A stretch of DNA of 61,275 nucleotides, filler included, from Catajapyx aquilonaris (Eukaryota): the NCBI GenBank assembly GCA_000934665.2. It is 4 parts of 4 records of this genome, joined end to end, with 100 filler letters (N's around TTAATTAATTAA, not from the genome) between each part and the next. Parts side by side here need not be neighbours in the genome. Positions count along the whole stretch, not along the records: positions 1 to 15,269 come from JYFJ02007552.1; positions 15,370 to 30,615 come from JYFJ02007553.1; 2 more parts are not named here. One strand, written 5' to 3'. Both the position numbers and the translations under genes were made by a program. A model generated the notes under the pieces. The model saw only the letters and a list, made by a program, of their open reading frames with translations. It made no database searches and was not told the DNA's origin. This document shows positions 13,413 through 25,660 of this stretch, piece after piece. The first letter of the stretch is position 1. Every line of letters starts with the position of its first letter.

Positions 13413-14545
13413 TGATGAGACGGGGTCAGAGGTCATCAGGTGATGACTCGACTTCCGCTCACTAGCAAAGATCGTGATGAGGGGGGAATATAGGTAAGGT
13501 TGGTGGTTAGACCAACTTTTAGAGACTTGATCAGACCAACTGAGACCCAACAACACTTTCTGTAAGCAATCACGTCATTTATTTAATTATTTCTTAACTT
13601 AATGAACCCAACAAAACACTATAATGTTACTTGAGCAATGCCAATAGTCCATCCCAATTCCTAACAATAGCACATTAAGGGCAATGCAGTCTGGATCTCA
13701 CCCGTCCGTTTATGGTTTTGAGATACTAAATTCAACGCCTTCCAGCGTCTCCAGCCTCTTCCGGTTTGTGTGGTCCTTCCTGCAGTCCTATGGTGGTCTC
13801 AGGGTTGGCTTCTGCTTCTTCCGCTATCTTCGGCTCTGACTTCCTCCCTAGTTTTGGTTACTGGCCTCCTGGAGCCTCCCTCATTCCTGGCTTGTTGCCC
13901 CGGGGTAGATCCTTCTTCTGGCTCCAGCTTCTTCCATGTCGAGTGTCGTTCTTGCCTTACAGCGGTTGATGCCCTTGTGTCGTTGTATGTTGGCTTCTTC
14001 CTTCAATGGCCTTCTCGCACTTCAATGGTTTCAGATGGCTTCAGACATCATCTCCAGCTTGGTTGTCAGGTCTTCTTCTTTCATCAGATTCGGCTCCGGT
14101 TGGAAACCTCTGTCCTAGACGGATCCTGGTGCGTGGTGCCTGTCTGATGGTGGTGGACCACTCCTCATCCCCGAGGGAGGGAAGAGGAAGGCCTCTACAT
14201 CTCCAGACTTCTTCTTCTTCTTCTTCTTCTTCTGACTGGCATCTGGTGACTGCTTCACTGGTTGACTTGTTAACTCTCCAACTCTTCCTCTCTTCGACTT
14301 CTCTTCTCTGACTACTCTCTTCTTTTCGGCTTCTCTCTTCTCTCTGCTACTCCCTGACTTTTTCTTTTTTGGTCTAACTTCTGAAGTTTGCCTCAGGGTT
14401 TACTCAGGGCTGACTGTGGGAGGCCGAGCCATGATATTTCTGGTGATGGGGATTGTCCAGCTGACTGCAGCATCTCTCTAGATAGATGATCCCTCCCTGG
14501 AAGCAAGATGGGTCCAACACTTGGTCGTACAGGTTTCTTACAGGT
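13413..14545 (-). mobile_element. Possible solo LTR on the minus strand
   Basis: Starts TGATGAG, minus-strand AATAAA (~13580), CT-skewed body; right boundary and TSD not resolved. Confidence 0.3.
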
Positions 14546-14845
14546 ACAGGTACAGGTTTATAGTACCAGTGGTATCTCATTTTAAGTAATTTGTGACAAT
14601 TTCTTGTTCTTCAGGGTAATTTTTTCCAGTGTGGGAGGAGGGAATGACATAATTCTCAATTTTTCAAGTGATTTTAGATGCAATATTCAACATGCTCCTA
14701 GTCGCATACTCCAGGCACCACTGAGAGGCCCAGCAATGAAGTTTCTGGTGATGGTCACTGATATGTGATATGAGGGTTGGGGGATGTGATATGGGTTGGG
14801 GGTTGTGATATGAGGGTTGGGGGAATAACTCTGTTTATTTCACAG

Positions 14846-15150
14846 GACTACTGTTGCTGCCAACACCTACATGCTGTTGATAAAACAGTCCCATTTAGGT
14901 AAGTTATTCATGTGAATGTGTAATATCACTTGTTGTATAGTATCACAGACTGTTGTTAACATGACAATCAATTTAAGACTGTTTTGTTTTATCTTTTCAG
15001 ATATCAGTGGCCAGAAGAACTGCACTTACATTTTCCTACCCAGCCCTGTGACCTGTATCCCTGTAACCTTCCTATACCCAGGCACAAACATAATTATTAT
15101 GTTTCAAAAAAGCAAATCCGCACCCCTGAATAAATTGATGAGTGTGAGTA
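14846..15150 (+). other. Possible terminal exons of a plus-strand spliced transcript (coding status unclear)
   Basis: tttcacag|14846-14898|gtaagt, then tcttttcag|15001, with AATAAA ~15128; another exon-like block at 11794-11866 has stops in all three frames. Confidence 0.3.
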
Positions 15151-15269
15151 GAAAGGAAGTGTGCCTCATGTGTGCACAAACATTAATGTCATAAATCATA
15201 GAGAGCACGACGAACAAGACATGAAGAGTATTATTATTAACTGAACTAACAAGAAAAAATTTGGAGATT

Positions 15270-15369
15270 NNNNNNNNNNNNNNNNNNNNNNNNNNNNNNN
15301 NNNNNNNNNNNNNTTAATTAATTAANNNNNNNNNNNNNNNNNNNNNNNNNNNNNNNNNNNNNNNNNNNN
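15270..15369. other. Assembly spacer N44-TTAATTAATTAA-N44
   Basis: Identical 100-nt spacer occurs three times. Confidence 0.98.
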
Positions 15370-15482
15370 TTTATCCTGGTCTTGAAGCAACCCTTCACAC
15401 ACACACCTCCTCACCGTGGGGCCTGTGCGAAGGGTTGGTTCAAGACCAAGATAAAGTGGCCAAACAATTTGAGCCCCATTGT
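15370..15482. mobile_element. Gap-truncated copy of the MITE at 56669-56810
   Basis: ttatcctggtcttga..caacccttc / gaagggtt..ttcaagacca.gataaagtggccaaa shared. Confidence 0.75.
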
Positions 15483-15638
15483 GCGTACTCTAATCTAGCG
15501 GATTGTTATTTCGACATAAAGTTTCCCACTAGCTATAATATATTTGAAGTGAAATAATACGTGTATGAAATGAAAGATATTTTGGACTTCGTGTAAATAT
15601 TGATTTCGCCAGAATTTTTTGTTTTAGATTCCAAAGCT

Positions 15639-15989
15639 TTACAAAATAGTACACCTAAAAGGACAAACGAAGCGCTGATCCCATATGAAGCTATCGCTGT
15701 CGCTATCGGCTGGTTCTACATGTGGCAGTAACTCTGGTGCTGCATCACCAGCTGACGGGCCACCATGATACATTTCCGGTGGCGTTATTCTATGCTGTTC
15801 GTGCTGGTTCGGCGTGATCGTGTGAATTCCCCCTGGTCGTCTAGTTGGTCCTTGAAGCTGACTTGCTGGTCCTTGAAGCTGACTTGCTGGTCCTTGAAGC
15901 TGACTTGCTGGACCGTTCGGGTTGCTTCCCGCGTTGTCCTGATCTTGTTCTCCAGTGACAGCAAGTTGTCGACCACTCTGTTCCATCAT
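15639..15989 (-). CDS. Hypothetical low-complexity protein or first coding exon with a 21-bp tandem repeat (QLQGPAS)x3
   Basis: The track's GTG start at 16052 is a GTGAGT donor; 56-nt intron 15997-16052 (..TTCTTATAG) then ATGATG at 15989; open for 116 aa. Confidence 0.4.
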   Translation of the reverse strand: MMEQSGRQLAVTGEQDQDNAGSNPNGPASQLQGPASQLQGPASQLQGPTRRPGGIHTITPNQHEQHRITPPEMYHGGPSAGDAAPELLPHVEPADSDSDSFIWDQRFVCPFRCTIL

Positions 15990-17764
15990 GCGGGTTCTAT
16001 AAGAAGGATAGTTTAGGTCCAAGTGACGCTGGGGGTCGGAACTACCACTCACCTTGGATGCTACAAACCGAGTTCCTTCTAATTATAAGTCACACCAAAG
16101 AACGGAAACAACTACTGGGTTTGACCGCAGCAAGTGCGGGAGCTAATTTTTTACACGTCAATCACATCAGTAAATTTTGGAAATGAAAGTGTTTACATTG
16201 TGTGTTCGGGGTGATTCTTTGTTGGTGGTAACGTACACAACCATAGGAATGCCAACCAAAAAATCGTGTCGCCTGGTTACCCGTTGCGCAGAGTTGGGTT
16301 GTATTGGTAATACTGAATTAATAATAATGACAAAAAATGAGGATAATTTAGACGGTGGTGGTTGAGGGGGCATAATAGTCATTTTAGGAGTAGAAAACTA
16401 CTATTAGTTTGGACTTATATGCAGTGAGTGGAATTGTTTCGTGGGTGAGCTCTATTTGACATGATGTTTGATGGCAATAGGGAGTGTTTCAATTAGAGGT
16501 CTTTTTGCACTATAAACTGCTTATTTTTAAGAAGTCATTTTACAACCGTTACTTTTAAGACTTGAAAATATAAGCTTCTAATATAAGGTTTAGTAAAGGC
16601 CAGAGAATGTATTCAGTCCATGAATGATCAATTGCACCGAATTTCTCAGATCAAGTAAGACATGGTGAATGACCCAGTGACAGCTGATGTCAATAGTTGA
16701 TCTATCATGTGCAGGCTAGACCCTCCCACAATACTTTAAAACAATGAATCTCTTGGATCTTGTATTATATAGCAGCTAATATTTTGATAACCTCTAAAGT
16801 AACTGCTTGAGAGTATTTGCTTAATAACAAGCAGGTTAATTAACAAAAAAAAAAAGATCCGTGCCTTATAACACGCTGTATCGGCTGCATAATAAAAAGC
16901 CAATTAATACAAAATAGCAAAAAAATTATCATTTTGGGATAAATTATTGCGATCAAATTCATAAAAAGATCTGAAGAGCAAAGAATTATGGCAATGTGAC
17001 TCTGTACAGTTTACCTGTTGCAAGCGTTGCAATATATTGTTGCAATATATTGGAGAAATTAACATGGGCAAATTGTTGGTGAAAAATTGATATCCTTCGA
17101 AATGACTCCAATATTTTTATTTGAATTGCAAGTGACATTGATCTTAAGTGCTGCCGACGTAAGAAAATTGCAAATGCGAGAAAATTGGAAAAAAACTTTT
17201 TGTGTAGGTATAAAGCCTTTTCTTTTTGGCTCAAAGATAGATGGCAACTGTAGTTAAATAGGTTAAATAGCTTATTTGATAAAGATGGGTGCTTGGAGTA
17301 TCGGAGAAATCATTATGTGTGAAGCAAATAAATTTCCGCATTTCAGCGCTTCTTGGATGACATGTCTTTGACGGATATGGTTTGGGCGAAATGTTATGTG
17401 TAAGTTCCGTTTTTACACCTCCTTGGAACCAAATAGGAGCCAATGATGTAATGCAAAGATTACAAACCAAGATATGGCACGTAGTGATGTTGACAATCCA
17501 TTCCAACCTCTTCCCGCCTAGTACCAAGCAACAGGTCCTCTCTCATTTGGTATTCATATGTACAGTATGAATTGGATAGGCCTATGCATAATTTTGAAGC
17601 CATAAGATACCTGCGTCATTAAAAATTATATAAATGGGCGAGCTCTGGGAATTTTATATTGTACAGTGTGTACTATTGTAGTACCAGGTACGATATCTGT
17701 AACTGCATGTGTTACTTCTACATCACATTAGAGACGTAACTATCAGAGTAACATGCCTGAGAAT

Positions 17765-18059
17765 CGGGGGGCATGGTGGTCTAGTTATATGTTACTGGCT
17801 AACCAAGCGGGAGCGAGAGGTCCGGGGTTCAAATCCCGTCCCCGTCACCTTCGCTTGGTCGGGTCTTTTTCCTCTTTTCACCCGACATGTCCGGGGCAGA
17901 ATTGCACTCCCTTCTCTTTCCAGGGCCAAGAGAAAAGGTCTGGCATTTAAGAGGGTCAGAAATGATTAGAAACAAATTAAGAGCGCCCTCCCTTGGGAAC
18001 TCCCCCCCCCCTAAAAGGGCCCAAGTCCCTATCACATTTTTTTTTAAAAAAACAACAAC
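17765..18059 (+). mobile_element. tRNA-derived SINE (family C)
   Basis: A box TGGTCTAG, B box GGTTCAAATCC, A/CAA tail; 15-bp TSD AACATGCCTGAGAAT (17750-17764, 18060-18074). Confidence 0.9.
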
Positions 18060-19542
18060 AACATGCCTGAGAATATAGAGAGAAGCAAGTACTGCCTGTC
18101 GTTTCTAAGCCCTGCGATGTGCAAGGTTGAAAAGATACTCTGCACGAGGCAAACTAATTCAATGCTTTTCTCCTGGCTTTATATACATAGTGTAGTGTAG
18201 TCCCACTTTGGCCTCTTCTGTCCTTTCCTTGCTCCCCTGGTCCTAATTACGGTACAAATTGAGGGCCGCTGCTATCTGTGCAGACTTTATACTATGGCCC
18301 GAGTATTTCCCATGGCCGACTGCAATGCAGCAGCACTAGGAGTGCTTACTCTTCTCAAACTATCTGCTTGCAGCTTGAGAAAGCAGCGCTTTATGGGGGC
18401 CGTCCCCAGAATTTTAGCGCTCCGAATCCCAAAGTGCAGTATTAGACTACTGTATTACTTTTTGTTATCTTGCGCAGAGATGCCTAGGCCAGATTAGATG
18501 CAAGCTGCACCCAGGACTCGCGTTTTTTTAATTTTCTTGAAAAAGACTACGTGCATTGCTTGAGGCATTAAAAGTTGCTGAATTTTACGAGTAAGGTCAA
18601 AGTTAATTCGAGTTCCCACGCATTATTTTAGGAGCTGTTAAGTTGTAGGTCGTATAGTGCCTCGAAGCAAAATGGCTGCGTAAAATGAATAGTTTGCACT
18701 TTATGGTGTGTCGTATAGTGAACAATGCTGCATCATATCCTGAAATTATGCTAAGAAAGACAAGCTTGTATGCACTCCACAATGAGCCACTATATGATAT
18801 TATTGTAAATTCCTCTAGTTTTGTGCATGCAACATTACAGTGTACGTAATGTTACTGTCCTGTTCCGATATGTGCAGGCCATTATCCGCTGTTGCGGCAG
18901 AATGATAGTATATAATGTTTATTGTTTACAGCTTATTGTTTCGTACATCATGCTGTCCACCAACTTCCCCAAATGCATGCGTGTACAGTACAGTATAGTA
19001 ACTTCCCAAAAGCGCCTTGAACTGCATTATACCAAACGTGATAGCATAACAATCGAACAGTTATTTTTACCGGTTATAAAAAGTATTATCTGCTATTATT
19101 AGGTTGAATGAAAGCACTGATTCAGGCCCTGAATTTATGAGATTAAGACATTGCTGGTGGCTCCCTTTCACCCAGTAGCACTTGAGGTTAATGGTAGGAT
19201 TCAGTTTTAAAGAACTAGAGTTACGAGACCATCCTGCATTAGCTTAGAATGATACGTATATTCGACGCAATATTACCTTATTATAATTTTTGACAACCTC
19301 GAATTTCAAATGTAACTTATTAAAAATAATCCGCTTATAAGTTAGTACAAAAAAATCCCCACCAACCACGTAGCACTCGATTGAAACCCTTTGTACGTAT
19401 AATTCTTTGCTCAGAACGTTGCAAGAGATATTATTGCTAATAGAGTTAAGCCTGTCTGTGACAGATTCAGGAAAATTAGGTCAATTACGTATTTTAGTCC
19501 AGGCGGACGATTTACTATCGTATAATTCTGTTGTACAGTGTA

Positions 19543-21511
19543 CGAGGGGTGTCTAGAATGTTCTAAGCCAAATCATAAAGGAATGAAACTTGAAAGTTGT
19601 AATTTATATTGCTCATGAAATTGGAGTACTAATGCGATTGCTGTATAACACAGTAGTATACTTCCGATTTATCATAAAGTCGCAAAAATCGACAGTGGTG
19701 TAAAATTCAGAGACAATGGCCAGTTTTGATAATCGAGCTGTCATCATAATATTATTTTGTCTCTCAAGAGGATGAGTCCAAAGTGCCTCCCCAATGACAT
19801 GTGATGTAGACTGTGGGATGCTCCACTATCATTTGCAACTGTGAAGAAATGCACCGCACTTGTCAAAGCAATATGACCACGCTCTGGCAGGCCAGCTTCA
19901 CAGTCACTGAAAAAGCTGGCATCGTGCATACATTCCAGGATAAGATGCAGGGTGGGTGGCTGTGTTTGTCTTCTCGCCGGTCCGCGTCGCAACCAAAAGC
20001 CCTACCGTATGCCCTTACGTTTGTTTTATGGGACATTTCTCATTCCTACATTTTACCCTTTATTGGGCCATCGAGTGCCCTGGCGTAAGATTGACCTGGA
20101 GTTCTAACTCACCCTGTATATAGTTCCAACTGATGAAATGTCGGTAGTGGTTAATGCTTTTTGGCACTAAGCTGCTTATTTTAATCATTAATTCGTGACG
20201 ACTGCCTTTTCAGGCTATAAAAGACATAATTGCTAACATTACATCGAATTAAATAAAATTAGACAATATTGTATCTTTTATGCATCCAGCATGCGTTGCT
20301 GCTGATCAAAACTGTGCGAGAGCAATGACATCGAAAAGAGTGTAACTCGTACATTGTAAGGCCCGTGCTTGTGTATCGATCTGGTTGAATCACGGACACT
20401 ATGTTTATAGGGTGTTCACGAATTCTTCTGCCAATATTATACAGGGGTAGGGGGTGAGTATGGAAGAGGCATGGCATGGGTTAGCAAGGTCTGCGACGAT
20501 CCGCTTTGGAGATGTAGACCTTTGACATCGACAATGTCTATCCTGACAAATATGGAAACCCCCGTGCATATCCCCGTTGCTGGTTGCCCGGGTCAGACGC
20601 TCGCATTCCCAGACCGTTGCTCAACCGCCTGACACCAGCAACTAGCGATGCAGGCATGTGCGGAGGGTATCCATACTTGTCAGGATAGAAATCGTCGACG
20701 TCGTCGTCGCGTCGCCGGCCTGTGGGGCCCATGCCATCCTTCTTCCATATGCATCCCCACCACCTGTATCATATTGGCAGAAAAATGTGAACACTCTGTA
20801 GAGTCGCATCAATCTCAAAATATTATTTCAAACATGCAATGGGAAGTATACACACAGGAAAACACTTTATAAACATACCTCCATCATACCCAATGGTTAC
20901 GAGATGGGTCGTATGTTTCAAGTGTAGGAAAGAGAGTCTGGAAGATGACCCCCACTCCCACTCGGGAAGGCCAGCGATTGATGTGACCAAGGAAAACATC
21001 TCTGCTGTGGAGACCACGGTAATGGGAGACAGGCAGTTGACGGTGTGGTACATAGCAGAGGTCCTGGCCATTGGTTTGGCTGTGGTGGATACCATCCTTG
21101 ATCAACACATTCGCCCCAACTAGGTCTCCTCTCATTGGGTACCGCTCAGCCTCACAGTTTTCCACTCAAGCTGAGCTGTCACAGACCAACTCGGGATTTT
21201 TTCCCGTAACAAGGATGACTTTTTCGCACTGTTAGTGCTACAAAATGAAACTTCCAGCCTTTTCCTATTCCTCAATATCAAAATCAACTTTATGGAAGGG
21301 TCCATGGATCTGCCTATGAAGTGATTTCTGCTGTGGAGGAGGTGTTAGGTGGTATTTCAAAAACCATTTTTTGGGGCCGGATAGAAATATGGGAGAAATT
21401 CAAGACAAAGCTTATTAACATGAAAGGAGACTATGCTGAAAAATAAAATATCATTGTTTGACTACCTCTTGTTTTTCAAGGAAAAGTCGCGAACCTTATG
21501 AAAGCCCCTCG
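19543..21511 (+). mobile_element. Decayed mariner element(s) with transposase pseudogene
   Basis: TA|CGAGGGG...CCCCTCG|TA; remnants PSYPMVTRWVVCFK...LEDDPHSHSGRP...VMGDRQLTV...WVP (20880-21150), HPVYS (~20110), C-terminal MKGDYAEK*; a second N-terminal remnant near 19735-19850. Confidence 0.8.
20426..20782. mobile_element. Degenerate foldback MITE inside the mariner region
   Basis: ttctgccaatattatacagg...cctgtatcatattggcagaa; inner arms ctatcctgacaaatatgga / tccatacttgtcaggatag. Confidence 0.7.
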
Positions 21512-21619
21512 TAGTCTGTTAGGCTCAAACCCCGATAACAGCCATTGGGCGAAAAAAAAACCCGTCCAGACTGCGGAACGATCCATTCCGCGAAATGGTC
21601 GTTTTAAAACGTCCAGACC

Positions 21620-22140
21620 GCGGAATGCTCCTTTTCAAACCATCCATTCCGCGGAATGGTCGTTTTCAAAACGGCTACACCCTCTTTTAAAAAAGACCAG
21701 AGGGCGACACGGTGGCGGAGTGGTTAGCGCCGCAGCCTTCCACCTCTGAGGTCCCGAGTTCGATCCCCGGGTCTGACGGAGGATACTTATCCGGATAGAG
21801 TTTCGATGGGTTCTCCCCGTGTTCGCGTGGGTTTTCTCGGGGTCCTCCCCTAAGATGATCGCCTAAGAGGCCCAAGGAGGCCTATCACGGGGTATACATT
21901 ATTAAAACAGACCAGAACGCTTTCTGGACTCAACTAACTGTCAGGACGCGAATTTCGTGTCGTGATGGCTGGTTTAGAAAACGCCCATGACATGTTGTGG
22001 CAGTTTCTTGTTTTCCACTACTCCACAGACGCTGGAAATAAATCGTCTTATCGTTGTTTGGCAAATATATTGGTTAAGTTCTTAACATTTGATGATCCTG
22101 TTACATCGTTTTCCAGGAACTGTTACCCTCAATATTATTA
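21620..22140 (+). repeat. Dispersed repeat shared with ~58010-58310 (here split by the SINE)
   Basis: gtcaggac...gtgtcg.gatggctggtttagaa..cgcccat...gctggaaataaatc in both copies; the copy at ~58080 shows the empty SINE site. Confidence 0.75.
21702..21901 (+). mobile_element. tRNA-derived SINE (family A, V/Meta-domain-like core)
   Basis: A box TGGCGGAGTGG, B box AGTTCGATCC, core GTTCTCCCCGTGTTCGCGTGGGTTTTCTC; 15-bp TSD TTAAAA(A/C)AGACCAGA. Confidence 0.9.
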
Positions 22141-23003
22141 GGCTGCTTGTTCTTACTGGCACTGTAAGAGTGACACTTTGAATTACATTTGAATTACTCG
22201 AACTACATTCACATTATTTTCTTATCAATACAGTACATTTTGCAACTGCAACTTACTAATCCCTGCTGATGACCTGAATCCGAGTACAGAAGAGATACAG
22301 AATTGGAAGGAACTTCAGATCTTTAAAAAATTGAAACAGCAGTTGTGAACTCATTGCAATCATATGTACAGCCTCTCTAAAATACTTTCTTTGGTGCCCA
22401 ACTGGTAGAAGCCAGGTGCATTAACGTAACCTATAACAACTCCTGAAACATTCCTATAGGAGCTAGACATCCTCGATCAGCTTCAGATTTAAATTCAGAT
22501 ACAGTAGTAACTAGTAAGCAGGGATTCGTATAAGTTGCATTTGCAAAAGATACTGCATTCTGTGATAAGAATAATGTAAATGTCGTTCAAGTAATATTAA
22601 ATGTAATTCCTAGTGCCACTCGAACGAAGTTGGCGGTAGCTCCATATGGAGATCCAATGTGGACGCATCCTGGCCCCGGGAGAAAGCCAGGGCGTGAACA
22701 ACTCCCACGCAAAGAGCCAAAAAGTGCTGCAGTATACAGATGGGTGTTGGTCAACTGGCTGCTCTTGTGTAGCGTTCTCATAAACAGGGCTCTGAGACGA
22801 ATGAATTTANGGGGGCAGAGAGCGGTCGCTCCGGGTGCAAAATTTCGGGAGTTATATAAAAAAATTAAACAGTAATCCTAGAAATATCGTAATGAAAATC
22901 GAGCGCCCTCCCACTCAGACAGTTCTTACTCCAGTAAATGCAAATGGGTCATCATAGTATTAACTCACTTCAAGGGGGTTTCACTAAAGTAGAAAAGTAC
23001 CGG

Positions 23004-24201
23004 TATTACTAAAATTGCTTACCATACCCTATTTAAATTGGAACACCCTGTGTAGTGATATATACTCCCAACTTGGTTTTGACACCCGTTTCAGGTATGC
23101 CTATAACTATCATAAATGTTTCAACACCGTATAGAAACCTCGTCTCGTATAACGGTTGTGGTTGAGTTTCTGTGGAATCACTCAACTGAAATGGACTTGC
23201 ACGTAAAAGGACCGAGCAGTAACAAGCGCTCCTATTATGTAAATGAATTTTTTCATTAAATACTGTAGTTGAAAACTACTTAGAAAAAGCTCTAAAATTA
23301 TATGCAAAAGTAATGTGCACTTACTGATGCTTCAGAGTCACAAAATGGATATTAATTACAAATAGGCATGCATGGGAGACTTGAAGTAAATGTGCGAATA
23401 TTTGTGCACTCCCATTTTAAAATTCTAGCCAATAGCTCCTATTCCCACTTCCGTATCGTACTGTACTACGACCCATCAGAAGAAAAACAGTGTAGTTATC
23501 GTGGTTTCATCTTGAATCCTGTCCTACATTCCAGACTAAAAACGAGCTTCATATAAGCTGTTTCATAAGTACCCAACTTGTGCTTTATTGGCATGATCTT
23601 AATTTTCAAATGTTACTTTAGGTGTTCTAAAAATGAAAGCTTCACCTGCTGCTTTTTAAGGCAGGGAAGACAAAGGTTCTGCCAAGCTCCGCATGCTGAG
23701 GGCAACACCGTTGCACAGTCCCACATGCAATATGTAGACTGGGTGTTTCATGATGATTCTAACAAAGAACATACTTCATAACTATAGTGGCCACCAAAGG
23801 ATCACGCTTTATGTGCTGTACAGTATAGTCACAATTAAAAGTGAGATTTTTTCACTGATGTGTATGGTGGAAGTATTTCCACTGAAAAAATAAGTGCTGC
23901 TTATTTTGTTCTTACGCTGACTTTTCCACCTGCAACATAATAATTTTTATACACATAACCTCGTTTCCACACAATGATAATACTCTTTTTCACGTATTTA
24001 TTTGTGGAGAAATGAAGTGGAATATGCCAGTGTAAAAAGCACACTTTTAAGTGGGGAAATAAAGAATTTTAAGTGGAAAAGAATACGTGGAAAGCAAAAA
24101 TGAGCGGAATTTTTCCCCCCAATGATTTTCCTCCTACTTAACTGAAAATGACCTCAAAATGCATATAGTTTGAGTGGAGTTCAACATAATAATATTGCTT
24201 T
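23004..24201 (+). repeat. Left arm of ~1.2-kb inverted duplication
   Basis: Colinear reverse complement of 28185-29392. Confidence 0.95.
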
Positions 24202-24353
24202 GAAAGTGGGAATGTGCATGAAAATATACAGTTCACATACTGGCCAACTGGTGGGCGCCCCAGCCCCAGCCCTTGGATTGACGAAGTGAAAAAAATAACG
24301 ATAAAGTTTGAGGCATAAAGTAAGCACATGAGAAAATATACTGTAAATTATGG

Positions 24354-24552
24354 CAGTGGTTTCCAACCTTTTACCAACTGCGACCCCCTAAACATGTTTC
24401 CATAAATGTGCGACCCCCTCCCCCTTATACAACTGCCCCCTTTCCAGAAAGCATACACTTTGCACGGCCACAACAATTGTTCAATTGACAGAAATGGCAA
24501 AAAAAAGTTGCACCAAAAGGCTCGCGACCCCCGCCCCGGTTGGTAACCACTG
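24354..24552. mobile_element. hAT (Charlie-like) MITE
   Basis: CAGTGGTTTCCAACC...GGTTGGTAACCACTG with 8-bp TSD AATTATGG/AACTATGG. Confidence 0.9.
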
Positions 24553-25017
24553 AACTATGGAGTCAGAGGCCAAAAAAGTGATGCATTCTTGTGTGATTTC
24601 CCATGAGAGCGTGGGTGTATAGACGTGATTGAGCAGTGATAATTAATCATAAAGCAAAATGGGTCCTTTTGGTTTTGAGTCAAGGAAAGAGGCGCCCCAC
24701 AGTGCTAGATTTACAATGGACCATGGTGCAAATGTTGCAGATGAAACAGGGGCGTTTACCCTTTCTCTGGATTTCATGAGTGACAGGTTGTAAAAAAAAA
24801 GGAGAGGTTCTCTTCGTAGAAGCTGGGACAATAATTATTCTGGGCGGTCTCGTCCATGCATCAATTTTATTTTCAGGAAGTGTTCCTTCTTCTTTGTACA
24901 ATACTCGAATTGTTCATTTTTAAGGAAAAGCAAACAAACAATCTTGCTTTTATTGAGGGTGACCTATTACTACTGTGCCTTTTTAGGTGAAATGAGACAG
25001 TTTAAATATTTGAAATA

Positions 25018-25660
25018 CAGGGTGTTTCACTAGGTAGTCCCCCCAAAGAATCGACTATATTTTTCTTACCACTCTACTTGAAATGTGATGTTTGGTGTAC
25101 ATACCTTATAGTTCATGGGAATATAGAACTTCTGTAGGCATATTCGCAATAAATGCTGTACCTGACTCTCAACGACCTCCATACTCACTCGAACGCGACT
25201 TGACCCGACTCTCCTTATTATCGAATATCCTCCGCAGCATATCCTCATAAATGGTCCGGATTGCTGCACTTATGTTGCTTTCCAAGTCTTCTAACCTCGA
25301 GTCTCACTGATGCAATCACAATATATTCTTCAAATATCCCCATTCGCGGTTCTTCTGACAGACTGTGGAAACAGGATACCCAGTTTCTTGTGACAACATC
25401 GTGGTGTCTTTTTCGGTCATTCCAGGAGCCTGTGCGTCACTTTTCCGATTTTTTCTTTATCTAAAGGAAATCATCTACCACTGTATTGGTCCAAAACACT
25501 TGGTGCAGCAACCCTGACTATTAATGTCGATGTACTGCGGAGGGCCTTCAATAATAAGGACCGTCGAGTCGCGTTCGAGTGCGTGTGGAGGTCGTTTAAA
25601 GTCAAAGTACAGCATTTATTGCGAATGATAGGCCTACTACATTCCCATGAACTAAGGTAA
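25018..25660. mobile_element. Tc1/mariner-type MITE remnant with internal inverted arms
   Basis: TA|CAGGGTGTTTC start; ~25100-25225 is the reverse complement of ~25545-25660. Confidence 0.6.

Noticed and set aside
15314..15325. TTAATTAATTAA as a biological motif or piggyBac target
   Set aside because: Synthetic six-frame stop linker centred in N runs.
16986..17527. GPCR/chemoreceptor-like remnant (NFLAFAIFLRRQHLRSMS)
   Set aside because: Single short resemblance in AT-rich DNA with no further conserved motifs.
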